Shown here piece after piece: positions 17,370-27,609 of a stretch of 64,000 nucleotides of DNA. How positions within the stretch are numbered: the first letter of the stretch is position 1; each line of letters starts with the position of its first letter. Source of the DNA: an uncultured Acidobacteriota bacterium (lineage in GTDB: Bacteria > Acidobacteriota > UBA6911 > RPQK01 > CBDAPI01); contig CAZMUJ010000088.1 of NCBI GenBank assembly GCA_964569605.1, positions 6,281-70,280 on the forward strand, in the 5' to 3' direction. The notes beneath the pieces are model-generated. The model was given only the letters and a program-made list of their open reading frames with translations. It ran no database searches and had not been told where the DNA came from. The position numbers were made by a program, and so were the translations under genes.

Positions 17370-19037
17370 CTAGAAATCTTGATCGTCTTCCACAATTTCA
17401 AATTCTTGGTTTGCCTGAACACTTTTTCCATTTAATTGATCTTTAATCTCTACATGTAACGCATAGAAAGCTGGGGGTAATCCTATCAAGGGAAGCGATT
17501 TAACCAATACAAGTCTTTGCTGGGAATAATAATAGATTGATTGACCCACTTCATCGCTCCAGTACTTGACTTGCTTTCCTTCTCTATCAATCCAATATGA
17601 AACAGAGATTTTTGGTGCAGTTGTTGCCATGTCAAAGCTAGCATTGTAAACCTGAAGATAAGCTCCAAAAGCCTCTCCAGAATAAAACCTATTACTCAAG
17701 TTAGGTATTACCTTTAAATCTCCGATTACAAGCATCTCTTCAGGTGAAGGGATTTCCCTTAACTGGGCTATGAAGTTAGTGAGCACTAGAGAACTCAGTT
17801 GTAGTTCCTCACTTGCAGTAGGAACGGTTATGGAAGTTTGTAGAAAACCTACATGACCACTGTAGAAATCTTTAATGATAACCTCCGCCTTATATCGATT
17901 ATTACTTTTCAAAATCAGAACTTTTTGATAATGAGAACTTAATTGAAGATTCTCATCCAGATCTGCACTACTAAAAGAAATATCAAGATCCTGTTCGAAC
18001 TCAGCAGTTACACTATTGTTCAAGCTTGTGACAATTCCATATACGGAGAGACGAGCTGACATGTCTCCTTGTTTTGCTTTAAAGGTAATATTTTGGTTGT
18101 CTATTTCAAGTGTAAGGGGAACCATAACTGCAGTTTTATTTAGGCGGAAATAATCGTGTCTACTGCGGAACGGCAATTTCTGGCGACGAATACCCACGCC
18201 CATTAGATCTTGTAAATCCTTGGATTTAATATCTAGGGTTCGTTGTTTTCGTGAAAATTCATGGTAGCGATGAAAGGGAGTTTCCCTATGTGTTTTGGGA
18301 TATTGGTCCAAATGCCAAGGAGATAAAGAAGAACGGTTTTTCAAGTTTAACAACTCAGCTTCACCAATCACTGTTCTATGATCACGGGAATTAAGAAGTA
18401 AAGAATTTCTTTCCAAGGGAACTCTAGCTAAATGATATTCTCCGCTACCGCTGGAGTCTACAAATTCAACCTCAACATCAGGACCTATTCCTTCAATGTA
18501 CTTATATCTCCAAATCTCAAATACATACCCAGGCGATACATTCCTACTTCCTTGAACAGATCGCCTATAGTGATTTCTGGACCGATTCTTGACAACTTCA
18601 GCTGGCTCACCATAGATAATATAAATCCTTCCTCTATCCGTTTTCCATCCGGGTAATCCACTTTGAAAATGCTCGTTTGCATATGCAAGTCTTCGATAGT
18701 GCTCTTCTTTAAATTGATTGAAAACGGTTAACTGATCATCATCACGCCGTCTCCAGAATTCTTCAATAAATTTCTCCTTCTCCCTGTAAGTCTGTAAAAC
18801 TTGGAAAACCTCTTTTTCTTCCTGGCTAATGATGTAAACGACATCCTGTTTTAGCCAGCGCTGAAAGTAATTGTCCATCTCCTCAACAAAATTATTTTTT
18901 CCTAAAAGCTTCCCTTCTAACGCTTCCCAACCAAGTAATGGGAGAAAAACCAAGAAAAAAATAGAGCCCTCAAGGACTAAACATAAGCAATAAGTTCTGT
19001 CCCATTTCTTTATCATCTTGCCAGACCTAAGAAACAA
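17370..19037 (-). CDS. GWxTD domain-containing protein (secreted/membrane-anchored)
   Basis: N-terminal hydrophobic segment followed by the GWxTD signature GWKTDRGRIYIIYGEPAE. 555 aa. Confidence 0.65.
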   Translation of the reverse strand: MFLRSGKMIKKWDRTYCLCLVLEGSIFFLVFLPLLGWEALEGKLLGKNNFVEEMDNYFQRWLKQDVVYIISQEEKEVFQVLQTYREKEKFIEEFWRRRDDDQLTVFNQFKEEHYRRLAYANEHFQSGLPGWKTDRGRIYIIYGEPAEVVKNRSRNHYRRSVQGSRNVSPGYVFEIWRYKYIEGIGPDVEVEFVDSSGSGEYHLARVPLERNSLLLNSRDHRTVIGEAELLNLKNRSSLSPWHLDQYPKTHRETPFHRYHEFSRKQRTLDIKSKDLQDLMGVGIRRQKLPFRSRHDYFRLNKTAVMVPLTLEIDNQNITFKAKQGDMSARLSVYGIVTSLNNSVTAEFEQDLDISFSSADLDENLQLSSHYQKVLILKSNNRYKAEVIIKDFYSGHVGFLQTSITVPTASEELQLSSLVLTNFIAQLREIPSPEEMLVIGDLKVIPNLSNRFYSGEAFGAYLQVYNASFDMATTAPKISVSYWIDREGKQVKYWSDEVGQSIYYYSQQRLVLVKSLPLIGLPPAFYALHVEIKDQLNGKSVQANQEFEIVEDDQDF

Positions 19038-19146
19038 TTATTAGTTGCTAAGTTTTGATTCTACACGAATCACTTTAAATAGATTTGTTCATTTTATAAA
19101 TGGAGAAACCTGGATCATAAAAGCCTCAACGTGAAATAATTCTTAA

Positions 19147-20487
19147 ATGAATGATCTTAAATCTGATCTCAAAGCGATCTATAAATCAGCCCTAAAAGCT
19201 GCCGATCCATACTCTTCAGTCTTAGCTAAGGTTCGTCTAAAGAATAATCATCTTGAGATAGGAGAACGCTCCTATTCATTGGAAAAGTACAAAACTGTGC
19301 ATGTAGTAGGGGCAGGAAAAGCAAGTGCCGAAATGGGCAGAGCTATCGTAAGGATTTTGGGAGGTCGCCTTCAAAAAGGACTCATAGTAGTAAGAGACTT
19401 ACCTAGACAGGATGTTCCCTTAATGAAAATTCTACAGGCAGGGCATCCTGAACCTGATAATAGGGGCCTAATTGCTTCCCAAAGCTTAATCCATTATCTC
19501 CAGTCAAACGTATCAAAACATGACCTTCTTTTAGTCCTTTTAAGTGGGGGAGCCTCAGCCTTGTTGCCAAGTCCGGTAGAAAAAATCTCTCTTGATGACA
19601 AGAAAGCTACCACGAAAATCTTACTATCATGTGGTGCCACGATCTACGAAATCAATACAATTAGGAAGCATCTGAGCCGATTAAAGGGGGGACGGTTTCT
19701 TGACTACGTAGGTGGAGCTACTGTGATTACACTGATCATTTCAGACGTAGTAGGAAATGATCTATCTACTATTGCTTCTGGTCCCACCTGCCATGACCCC
19801 TCTACTTTTTCGGATTGTTTCGAGGTTTTAGATCGCTATCAGATCAGAGACCAGATCCCAAAATCCGTACTATCCTTTCTCAGGGATTCTGCCCGAGGAA
19901 AAATAGATGTTGACACTCTAAAAGTAGGATCTCCTGCATTAGAGAAAACCTTCAACTACCTAGTCTCAACTAACCAAGCTAGCCTGCAAGCAGCAGCGAA
20001 AAAAGCAGGTTCTCTTGGTTACAAACCGATGATTATTTCTTCTTCAATTCAAGGAAACACTTCCGATTTAGCTAGTTTTTATGTGTCTATTGCGAGAGAA
20101 ATCCTAGAAACAGGACACCCATTACCTGCTCCATGCTGCCTTCTTTCGGGAGGTGAGACCACAGTGAAAGTTGTGGGAGATGGAAGGGGAGGACGAAATC
20201 AAGAATTTGCTTTGTCATGCTTCCACCAAACACAAAATTGGAAGAATCAGTCAGTTGTTTTTGCAGCCATCGGATCCGATGGCTCTGATGGTCCCACTGA
20301 CGCTGCCGGAGCAATTGTATCTAATGATAGCAGACCTCGTGCCAAGAAATTGGGGTTAGATTCAAGTGACTATTTAAGACGAAACGACTCTTACACTTTC
20401 TTCCAAAAACTTGATGACCTTATTCGTACCGGACCTACCGGAACAAATGTTATGGACTTCCACTTCGCCTTAATAGGAACTGATTAA
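19147..20487 (+). CDS. Glycerate kinase (glycerate 2-kinase, MOFRL/DUF4147 family)
   Basis: The N-terminus is VHVVGAGKASAEMGRA. The MOFRL-like C-terminus is LLSGGETTVKV.GDGRGGRNQEFAL ... IGSDGSDGPTDAAGA. Confidence 0.7.
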   Translation: MNDLKSDLKAIYKSALKAADPYSSVLAKVRLKNNHLEIGERSYSLEKYKTVHVVGAGKASAEMGRAIVRILGGRLQKGLIVVRDLPRQDVPLMKILQAGHPEPDNRGLIASQSLIHYLQSNVSKHDLLLVLLSGGASALLPSPVEKISLDDKKATTKILLSCGATIYEINTIRKHLSRLKGGRFLDYVGGATVITLIISDVVGNDLSTIASGPTCHDPSTFSDCFEVLDRYQIRDQIPKSVLSFLRDSARGKIDVDTLKVGSPALEKTFNYLVSTNQASLQAAAKKAGSLGYKPMIISSSIQGNTSDLASFYVSIAREILETGHPLPAPCCLLSGGETTVKVVGDGRGGRNQEFALSCFHQTQNWKNQSVVFAAIGSDGSDGPTDAAGAIVSNDSRPRAKKLGLDSSDYLRRNDSYTFFQKLDDLIRTGPTGTNVMDFHFALIGTD

Positions 20488-20669
20488 TGTCAGGGTCTTT
20501 TATGAAAAGTTTTGTTATCTATCTTATCCGTAGGATCAGAAAAATTGTTCAGAACCAGTCTTCATATTAAGAATTTGAATAGAATTCTTAATAGGCAACA
20601 CGTAAATATAGAATGATCTTTCGGCTCAGATAATCCGTTCTTACTAAACCGCTAATATTAGATTGTAAT

Positions 20670-21245
20670 CTAGTTGTTTTCGACCACCTTCAACAGATCT
20701 GATAAGTTGTTGGCTAGGGGTTTCATATTTTGATCAACATCAACCCAGAAGGAGGTCAAACCAGAACCGACGGTGTGAGCAATAATTTTAGGGGTTAAAC
20801 AAGCAATTCCTTCTGATTGCGCCGTTCTCAAAACAGCAGCCGTCGCTGAGTCATAAACAGCAGCTCCAGTCGATTTGAAAAGTCGAACCCTTTCCGAAGC
20901 TTTCAACACAGGCCGATTAAGAGAGATCCCTCTTTTAATAATAGAGCAAGTAGAAAAATTTAATCGCTCAAGAACCCAGGAATCACAGCTGGTACAGTGC
21001 CCATTTTCGAAACACCACTCTCGAGTGTAAACTACATCTCCTCTTTTCAACTTCAAATCTATCTGACTAACACTACCCGTAAAAATCAGAAGCTTTGGAC
21101 GAGATTTTCTGAATATTTGTAATAGCTTAGGAACCGTTCGTTTAATTCCAATGCCTGTCGCTACAACCCGTATTTCATTGCCAAAATGTTTCTCTAAGGC
21201 ATTGGCCTCTTTCTTCATTGAACAGGCGACAAGAATTGACTTCAC
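20670..21245 (-). CDS. PNP/UDP-phosphorylase-fold nucleosidase family protein (MTA nucleosidase or futalosine hydrolase-like)
   Basis: 191 aa. ILVACSMKKEANAL ... VVATGIGIKRT ... LLIFTGSVSQID resembles the MTAN/MqnB N-terminal pattern. The assignment is tentative. Confidence 0.4.
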   Translation of the reverse strand: MKSILVACSMKKEANALEKHFGNEIRVVATGIGIKRTVPKLLQIFRKSRPKLLIFTGSVSQIDLKLKRGDVVYTREWCFENGHCTSCDSWVLERLNFSTCSIIKRGISLNRPVLKASERVRLFKSTGAAVYDSATAAVLRTAQSEGIACLTPKIIAHTVGSGLTSFWVDVDQNMKPLANNLSDLLKVVENN

Positions 21246-21306
21246 GCGTTAATCCACCGTGATATAACTTTTCCAAAAAAGAGACTCAATTTATATTCTT
21301 CGCCCC

Positions 21307-22227
21307 TTAACTTAGCTGACTCCCCCTGAGATCCCCACTGACCAGAGTTAGAAAAGCCGAACTAGCATGACTTAGAGAGCGCTTCTCTGGATAGGCAAGA
21401 CGTATGGGACGCTCAACATCGATTTCCTTAACCTTGATCTCGCACAGTGTACCCTGATGGACTTCTTGGCTGACACACATCCTTGGCAAAAAAGCTACTC
21501 CTTCATTTGCTTGTACAAGTTTTCTGATACCTTCAATTGTAGGAACTTCTATATCCATGTGGAGTGGAACCTTAAATTCTTGAAACCGACTGATGACAAT
21601 CTGACGATACGGTGATACAACATTGTGAGCAATAAATGTCTCCGTTCCAAGGTCCTTAATAGTCACCGAATCTAAAGCTGCTAGATGGTGCTCAGGTGAG
21701 ACTACAAAGGCTAGATGATCCGTGTAAATTACTTTTGTTGCCAATTTACTTTCAGATGGTTCATAACTGATCACACCCAATTCGAGATTGCCCCTTAAAA
21801 TTTCATTGGGAATTTGACTGGAACGTGAGCGTCGCACACGTATTCTTATTTTAGGATAAAGCCATCGATACCTTCGGAGTAGACGCAGAAGATAGAGAGT
21901 AGAAGACTCATTTGCTCCAATAACTAATCGTCCTAGCGTCAGATTTTCAAGCTCCGCTAGTTCATCTAAAAGCTTTTGCTTTTGGGCATGGAAACTCCTC
22001 GCATACTCCAGTACCACATGTCCTGCTTCAGTCAACAGAAATTTTCGGGTGGTACGATCGATCAAAATACAACCGATCTGATCTTCTAACCTTCGTACTG
22101 CAAGCGAAACTGCTGGCTGGGTTATAAGGAGTTTCTTAGAAGCCTTAGAAAATCCACCTTCTTCTACGACAGTCCGAAAAACTACTAGGGTCGAAATGTC
22201 AAAATCTTTAGGTTTGAGTTCTCTCAT
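21307..22227 (-). CDS. LysR-family transcriptional regulator (divergent from ilvBNC)
   Basis: The N-terminal HTH (LVVFRTVVEEGGFSKASKKLLITQPAVSLAVRRLE) and the substrate-binding C-terminus are typical of LysR. Confidence 0.85.
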   Translation of the reverse strand: MRELKPKDFDISTLVVFRTVVEEGGFSKASKKLLITQPAVSLAVRRLEDQIGCILIDRTTRKFLLTEAGHVVLEYARSFHAQKQKLLDELAELENLTLGRLVIGANESSTLYLLRLLRRYRWLYPKIRIRVRRSRSSQIPNEILRGNLELGVISYEPSESKLATKVIYTDHLAFVVSPEHHLAALDSVTIKDLGTETFIAHNVVSPYRQIVISRFQEFKVPLHMDIEVPTIEGIRKLVQANEGVAFLPRMCVSQEVHQGTLCEIKVKEIDVERPIRLAYPEKRSLSHASSAFLTLVSGDLRGSQLS

Positions 22228-22241
22228 TTAATGACCTTATA

Positions 22242-22256
22242 ATAAACTATATTTAT
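22242..22256. promoter_or_regulatory. Candidate LysR-type T-N11-A dyad (ATAAACTATATTTAT) in the divergent LysR/ilvB intergenic region
   Basis: Imperfect dyad ATAAA-N5-TTTAT, 60-100 bp upstream of both divergent starts, followed by a (TA)n tract at about 22265-22280. Confidence 0.25.
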
Positions 22257-22339
22257 TTCTAATCATATATATATAAATTTGATTACTGGATAAACTTGCT
22301 CCATACTGAGGAGTAGTTATTGCGAAATCAGGAAAATCT

Positions 22340-24061
22340 ATGGAAAAACGTTCGGGTGCTCATGTTATTTGGGAAGTTCTAATTAAGGAAGGAGTAGATC
22401 TCGTCTTTGGTTATCCAGGTGGAGCGATTCTTCCTGCTTACGATACAATTCTTGATCACCCCATCCGTCACATTCTTGTTCGTCATGAACAGAGTGCAGC
22501 CCATATGGCTGACGGGTACGCACGTGCCTCCGGCAAGGTTGGTGTTGCCGTCGCGACATCGGGACCTGGAGCCACTAATCTTGTCACAGGTATTGCCAAT
22601 GCTATGCTTGACTCCTCTCCTATTGTCTGTATTACAGGTCAGGTTCCGTCCCAATTAATTGGCAGAGATGCATTCCAGGAAGTAGATGTTACTGGTGTAA
22701 CTTTACCAATTACAAAACACAATTATTTAGTCCATGAAGCAGACGATATCGGTCCAGTCCTTAAAGAAGCTTTTCATATCGCCCGATCAGGCAGACCAGG
22801 ACCTGTGTTAGTTGATATCACCAAGGATGCCCAACAAACAGAGACAAATTGGGAATGGGACAAGACGGAAGTGCAACTACCAGGCTATCGACCTCGCCAC
22901 GATACTCTTCCTGAAGAGTTTGAAACAGCACTACATTTAATCAAAAAATCAAAACGACCCGTAATACTGTCTGGACAAGGCGTGATCAAGTCAGGCGCCA
23001 CTGACTTACTCCTACAGTTTGTCGACAAGACAAGCATCCCAGTAACCCCAACATTGCTGGGACTAGGAGGTTTTCCAGCTTCTCATCCACTAAATATGGG
23101 AATGATGGGAATGCACGGCGAGGCCTGGGTTAACACCGCTATTCAAGAATCTGACCTCCTTCTTGCTTTTGGCATGAGATTTGATGATCGAGTAACCGGA
23201 AACTTAAAGACCTATGCCCAGAATGCCAATAAGATCCACATAGATATCGATCCTTCTGAAATAAACAAAAATGTACATGTTGATGTTGGAATTGTCGGGG
23301 ATCTAAGGGAAACCCTTGAGTCCCTCATACCCTTGGTTAACGAGGGTCACCGGGAAGTCTGGATCGAACACATCCAAGAGCTCAAAGGTGATGCTGCAGT
23401 GAGAGACATCCAGTTTTTGCCTGATAGTGGCAAGCTCTGGGCAGCTCATGTCATCAATGATCTCTGGAACCTGACCAAAGGAGAGGCACTTATCGTTACG
23501 GACGTCGGTCAACACCAAATGTGGGAAGCCCAGTATTATAAACATGAAAAGCCTAGTTCACTTATAACATCAGGTGGCTTAGGCACAATGGGATTTGCTC
23601 TACCGGCTGCAATCGGTGCTAAACTCGCCTGCCCAGACAAGGAAATTTGGGTCATTGCTGGAGATGGAGGTTTTCAAATGACGGCGGCTGAACTGTCTAC
23701 GATCATGCAGGAAGAGATCAAGTTGAATGTTGCCGTTATAAATAACGGATATCTAGGAATGGTGAGGCAATGGCAAGAATTCTTTTATGAACGACGCTAT
23801 GCCGCAACACCTCTTATTAACCCAGATTTTGTTAAACTAGCTGAAGCCCATGGACTTAAAGGAATAAGAGTTGAAAAACGGAGTGAGGTGAAAGATGCTG
23901 TCAAAAGAGCACAGTCTCATGATGGAACAGTGCTAATTGACTTCAGGGTCGAACAAGAAGATACGGTCTATCCAATGGTTCCTGCTGGCAAAGACCTCGA
24001 TGAAATGATTCGCCGTCCCAGGGAAACAGTGCTGGCCGACAGAGGAGACTCCGAATGGTAG
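22340..24061 (+). CDS. ilvB: Acetolactate synthase large subunit
   Basis: ThDP-enzyme motifs (GYPGGAILP, GPGATNLVTGIANA, GDGGFQM...NNGYLGMVRQWQ). Overlaps the ilvN start. Confidence 0.9.
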   Translation: MEKRSGAHVIWEVLIKEGVDLVFGYPGGAILPAYDTILDHPIRHILVRHEQSAAHMADGYARASGKVGVAVATSGPGATNLVTGIANAMLDSSPIVCITGQVPSQLIGRDAFQEVDVTGVTLPITKHNYLVHEADDIGPVLKEAFHIARSGRPGPVLVDITKDAQQTETNWEWDKTEVQLPGYRPRHDTLPEEFETALHLIKKSKRPVILSGQGVIKSGATDLLLQFVDKTSIPVTPTLLGLGGFPASHPLNMGMMGMHGEAWVNTAIQESDLLLAFGMRFDDRVTGNLKTYAQNANKIHIDIDPSEINKNVHVDVGIVGDLRETLESLIPLVNEGHREVWIEHIQELKGDAAVRDIQFLPDSGKLWAAHVINDLWNLTKGEALIVTDVGQHQMWEAQYYKHEKPSSLITSGGLGTMGFALPAAIGAKLACPDKEIWVIAGDGGFQMTAAELSTIMQEEIKLNVAVINNGYLGMVRQWQEFFYERRYAATPLINPDFVKLAEAHGLKGIRVEKRSEVKDAVKRAQSHDGTVLIDFRVEQEDTVYPMVPAGKDLDEMIRRPRETVLADRGDSEW

Positions 24062-24639
24062 AAGAAAAATTACTGTCTTCAACCGCCTCCCCCCAACAAA
24101 CTCTTATTGCCTACGTCGAGGACAAGCCCGGGGTTTTAAACAGAATTACTGCTCTTTTCAGAAGAAGAGGGTTTAATATTGAGTCTCTGAATGTTGGGAA
24201 AACCAGTCAAATTGGTGTATCCCGACTAACAATTTTAATGCTAGGAGATGATGACACCGCGAAACGATTTGAAGCTAATCTCTACAAGCTTATCAATGTT
24301 CTACGCGTTATTAATTTGACTAGCAAACCAGCAATTGAACGAGAACTGGCTCTAATAAAAGTTACCTCCAATCCAGACATACGGAAAGAGCTACTCCAAA
24401 TAGCAGAAGTTTTTCGTGCTCGGATTGTCGACATGGGAAAAGAAGCATTAGTTTTTGAAATAACGGAAACCCCAAAACAAATCAATAGTTTGCTTGAGGT
24501 TCTTGAGCAGTTTGAAATAGTTGAGATCGGACGCACCGGCTGTCTAGCAATGAGCTGTGGAGCTGAAGCTCCTCCGCTTGATCCTCAATTTGTTCTGGCT
24601 CAAGTTCCAGAATCCAAACGTGCTCAGAATTTGTTTTAA
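24055..24639 (+). CDS. ilvN: Acetolactate synthase small (regulatory) subunit
   Basis: ACT domain with the typical IlvH/IlvN N-terminus ([32 protein letters not shown]). The ATG overlaps the ilvB stop. Confidence 0.8.
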   Translation: MVEEKLLSSTASPQQTLIAYVEDKPGVLNRITALFRRRGFNIESLNVGKTSQIGVSRLTILMLGDDDTAKRFEANLYKLINVLRVINLTSKPAIERELALIKVTSNPDIRKELLQIAEVFRARIVDMGKEALVFEITETPKQINSLLEVLEQFEIVEIGRTGCLAMSCGAEAPPLDPQFVLAQVPESKRAQNLF

Positions 24640-24665
24640 AAACAGATATCAAGGAGTTAAGAAGA

Positions 24666-25676
24666 ATGGCTAGAACTTTTTATGACAAGGATGCAGATTT
24701 AAATATAATTAGAGGCCTCAAGGTAGCAATTATTGGTTACGGCTCTCAAGGACATGCACATGCTCTCAATTTAAACGACAGTGGTGTGGAGGTTCGAGTT
24801 GGTTTGAAATCCGATAGCCCTACAAAAAAGCAAGTATCCAAAGATGGTCTCCAGTCTCAGTCTGTGTCTGAGGTTTCGGATTGGGGTGATATTATTATGC
24901 TACTCGCTCCGGACCAACTTCAAGCATCAATATACAATGATCAGATAGCTCCCTCTCTGAAAAATGGCAAAGTTCTTATGTTCAGTCACGGATTTAATAT
25001 ACGTTACGGTACAATTACCCCTCCCGCTGATATTGATGTCTCAATGGTAGCGCCAAAAAGTCCTGGTCACAGGGTTCGTGAGACCTATCTGTCTGGTGAG
25101 GGAACCCCTGCATTACTTGCGATCCACCAGGATCCAAGTGGTCTGGCTAGGGATATATCACTTTCTTATGCCAGTGCTCTGGGCTGCGCTCGAGCAGGAG
25201 TTATTGAGACAACCTTCGAAGAGGAAACCGAGACTGATTTATTTGGCGAACAAGCTGTCCTTTGTGGTGGAGTCAGCGAATTAGTTAAGGCAGCTTTTGA
25301 AACACTAGTAACAGCAGGATACCAACCGGAAATTGCCTACTTTGAATGTCTCCATGAGCTAAAATTAATTGTTGACTTAATGTACCGTGGTGGTCTCAGC
25401 TACATGCGTTATTCGATAAGTGAAACGGCTGAATTTGGAGATTATGAATCTGGACCCCGAGTTATAGACAGTCACGTTCGCGAAACAATGAGTCAGCTTC
25501 TTAAAGAAGTTCAGGACGGATCCTTTGCCAAGAAATGGATCCAGGAAAATGAGGAAGGTCAACCTAATTTTCAGCGGAAGAGAAAGGAAGATCACAATCT
25601 TCTGATTGAGAAAGTCGGGCGAGAACTCCGTAGTCGAATGAGTTTTCTCAATCCAGTTGAAATTCTTCCGGAATAG
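24666..25676 (+). CDS. ilvC: Ketol-acid reductoisomerase
   Basis: Canonical IlvC N-terminus ([25 protein letters not shown] ... FSHGFNI ... [11 protein letters not shown]). Confidence 0.9.
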   Translation: MARTFYDKDADLNIIRGLKVAIIGYGSQGHAHALNLNDSGVEVRVGLKSDSPTKKQVSKDGLQSQSVSEVSDWGDIIMLLAPDQLQASIYNDQIAPSLKNGKVLMFSHGFNIRYGTITPPADIDVSMVAPKSPGHRVRETYLSGEGTPALLAIHQDPSGLARDISLSYASALGCARAGVIETTFEEETETDLFGEQAVLCGGVSELVKAAFETLVTAGYQPEIAYFECLHELKLIVDLMYRGGLSYMRYSISETAEFGDYESGPRVIDSHVRETMSQLLKEVQDGSFAKKWIQENEEGQPNFQRKRKEDHNLLIEKVGRELRSRMSFLNPVEILPE

Positions 25677-25717
25677 CAACTGGATCTGGTTGAAACTCCA
25701 GTGCCCTTAGACCGATC

Positions 25718-27331
25718 ATGACTATCAGATCCTGGCTTTTTCTTTCGGTCTTTACACTTCCCCTCTTCGTTTCCCTTGATACTTCGTCCATCTGGGATTC
25801 TAACGAGGCATTCTACGTTCAGACACCGAAGGAGATGGTAGAAACGTCTGACTGGATTGTACCCCACTTTAACGATCAAGTCCGACTCAATAAACCACCG
25901 TTTTCATACTGGCTGGTAGCCACTTTCTACTCTTTCTTTGGAGTTTCTGTCTTCTGGGAGCGTCTGTTGACTGCTACTTGCGCACTGGCTTCAATTCTAG
26001 CTGTTCTCAACCTTGGGAATCATCTGTTCTCGATTCGCATAGCCATTCTTGCTTCTGGAATTTTTGCCACTACATTTCGATTCCTCATTCTTTCGCGCCG
26101 ATCTCTGATTGAAATACTTCTATTAGCCCTTCTACTTTGGAGTCTAGTTTTCTTCCTGAAATGGACACGATCTCCCAGATCTATTTACCTATATTCCGGC
26201 TCTTTAATGCTGGCTTTAGCCTTTTTAACAAAGGGTCCTATCGCAATGCTGGCACTTATTATTTTTGGAATTTATCTCGTTATTTTCCGGAAGACAAAGG
26301 TTTTGAAAACATCAAGCCTGATAACAGCACTTCTTCTTTTCTTGGTTGTAGCAGGCTCTTGGTTTATTGCCCTTGGAATAGAGTTTGGGTGGAGCCCAGT
26401 TTGGGAGTTTTTTCTAATTGAGAATCTAGGTAGGTATACATCTATTGATTATGGTCCCCAGAGAGGATTTTTTTACTACCCTATTGTCTTCCTAGGAGAT
26501 TTCTTGCCCTGGTCCTTGTTTTTTGTGTTATCTCTTCTCTACTGGTTATTAGGAGCACGAAAACGACAGGGCAAAAAGGCAAGGCAATCCATGCTCTTTC
26601 TAGGATTGTGGATTACAATTTGGATAGCAATATTTTCCTTTTCACATAACAAACAAGAATACTATATTCTACCTATCTATCCAGCAGCTTCACTGTGGCT
26701 ATCTAGTTTCCTCTTATCAAATAAATTTGGTCGGTTTTCTGCCTTACCCGCAGCTTTTCTAGTAGTATTCGCTAGCCTCATAATGGCTACAGCAATGACC
26801 ATCTTGGCGGGTCCAAAGATAATTTGGTGGCTAATTATGGTTCCCTCTTTAAGCTTTGCTGTATTTATTGTTCAAAACAAGTGGAAAGCTTCCGTCACAT
26901 CATTAAGTCTCTGTTTTCTTTTAGCATTTTACTTCTACTCAGAACCTTTGGAAGATTTTCGTCCGATCAGGAAACTTGCTCACAAAATAGAAACTCTAGA
27001 AAATAACAGGGAGGGACCATTTCAAGCAGGGTATTTTAAATTTGCCTGTCCTAGTCTTACATTCTATTTAAATCAACCCATTCTACAACTTTCTGAAATT
27101 GAGGAAGCTATTTCGGCACTTTCTGCCAAGAAAAGAACTTACTTGATCGTTGAGAAATTAGACCTTCATAATCTCATGAGACATGGAACGAGTTTTTACA
27201 TCGTAGGAACAGCCCCTTTACTCAGGACCACTTTGCGAAATCTCATTCAAATTCTGAAGTCTAGAAATTGGATGCATTCTAAATCCTGGACTCGTGAAAT
27301 TTTTTTGGTGTCTAATAGCCCCATCGATTGA
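25718..27331 (+). CDS. ArnT/PMT-like membrane glycosyltransferase (GT83/GT39 family)
   Basis: 537-aa polytopic protein. Its first periplasmic loop (WDSNEAFYVQTPKEMVETSDWIVPHFNDQVRLNKPPFSYWLVA) is typical of ArnT-like undecaprenyl-phosphate-sugar dependent transferases. Confidence 0.6.
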   Translation: MTIRSWLFLSVFTLPLFVSLDTSSIWDSNEAFYVQTPKEMVETSDWIVPHFNDQVRLNKPPFSYWLVATFYSFFGVSVFWERLLTATCALASILAVLNLGNHLFSIRIAILASGIFATTFRFLILSRRSLIEILLLALLLWSLVFFLKWTRSPRSIYLYSGSLMLALAFLTKGPIAMLALIIFGIYLVIFRKTKVLKTSSLITALLLFLVVAGSWFIALGIEFGWSPVWEFFLIENLGRYTSIDYGPQRGFFYYPIVFLGDFLPWSLFFVLSLLYWLLGARKRQGKKARQSMLFLGLWITIWIAIFSFSHNKQEYYILPIYPAASLWLSSFLLSNKFGRFSALPAAFLVVFASLIMATAMTILAGPKIIWWLIMVPSLSFAVFIVQNKWKASVTSLSLCFLLAFYFYSEPLEDFRPIRKLAHKIETLENNREGPFQAGYFKFACPSLTFYLNQPILQLSEIEEAISALSAKKRTYLIVEKLDLHNLMRHGTSFYIVGTAPLLRTTLRNLIQILKSRNWMHSKSWTREIFLVSNSPID

Positions 27332-27609
27332 ACGACAAAGACCTAATAAATTCTATGAACATGACTAAAGTCTATTGGGAATAATTCGAAAGCAATACAT
27401 AACATCAATTTTCTAGTTGTGCTCTTTCGCTTTCTTCACAAACCTAAGCATTTTATCCTCAATTAGTAAAAGAGTTGGGGCATTCCCTTTTATAGAACTG
27501 ACGTGTGTATCCTTGAGAGTAGCTGAATGTTTAATATTCAAGTACCATTGTTCTTCCTCAAAACCAAAAGCAACAATGTTTGGCCGTCTACCAAGATTAG
27601 TATACTTAA

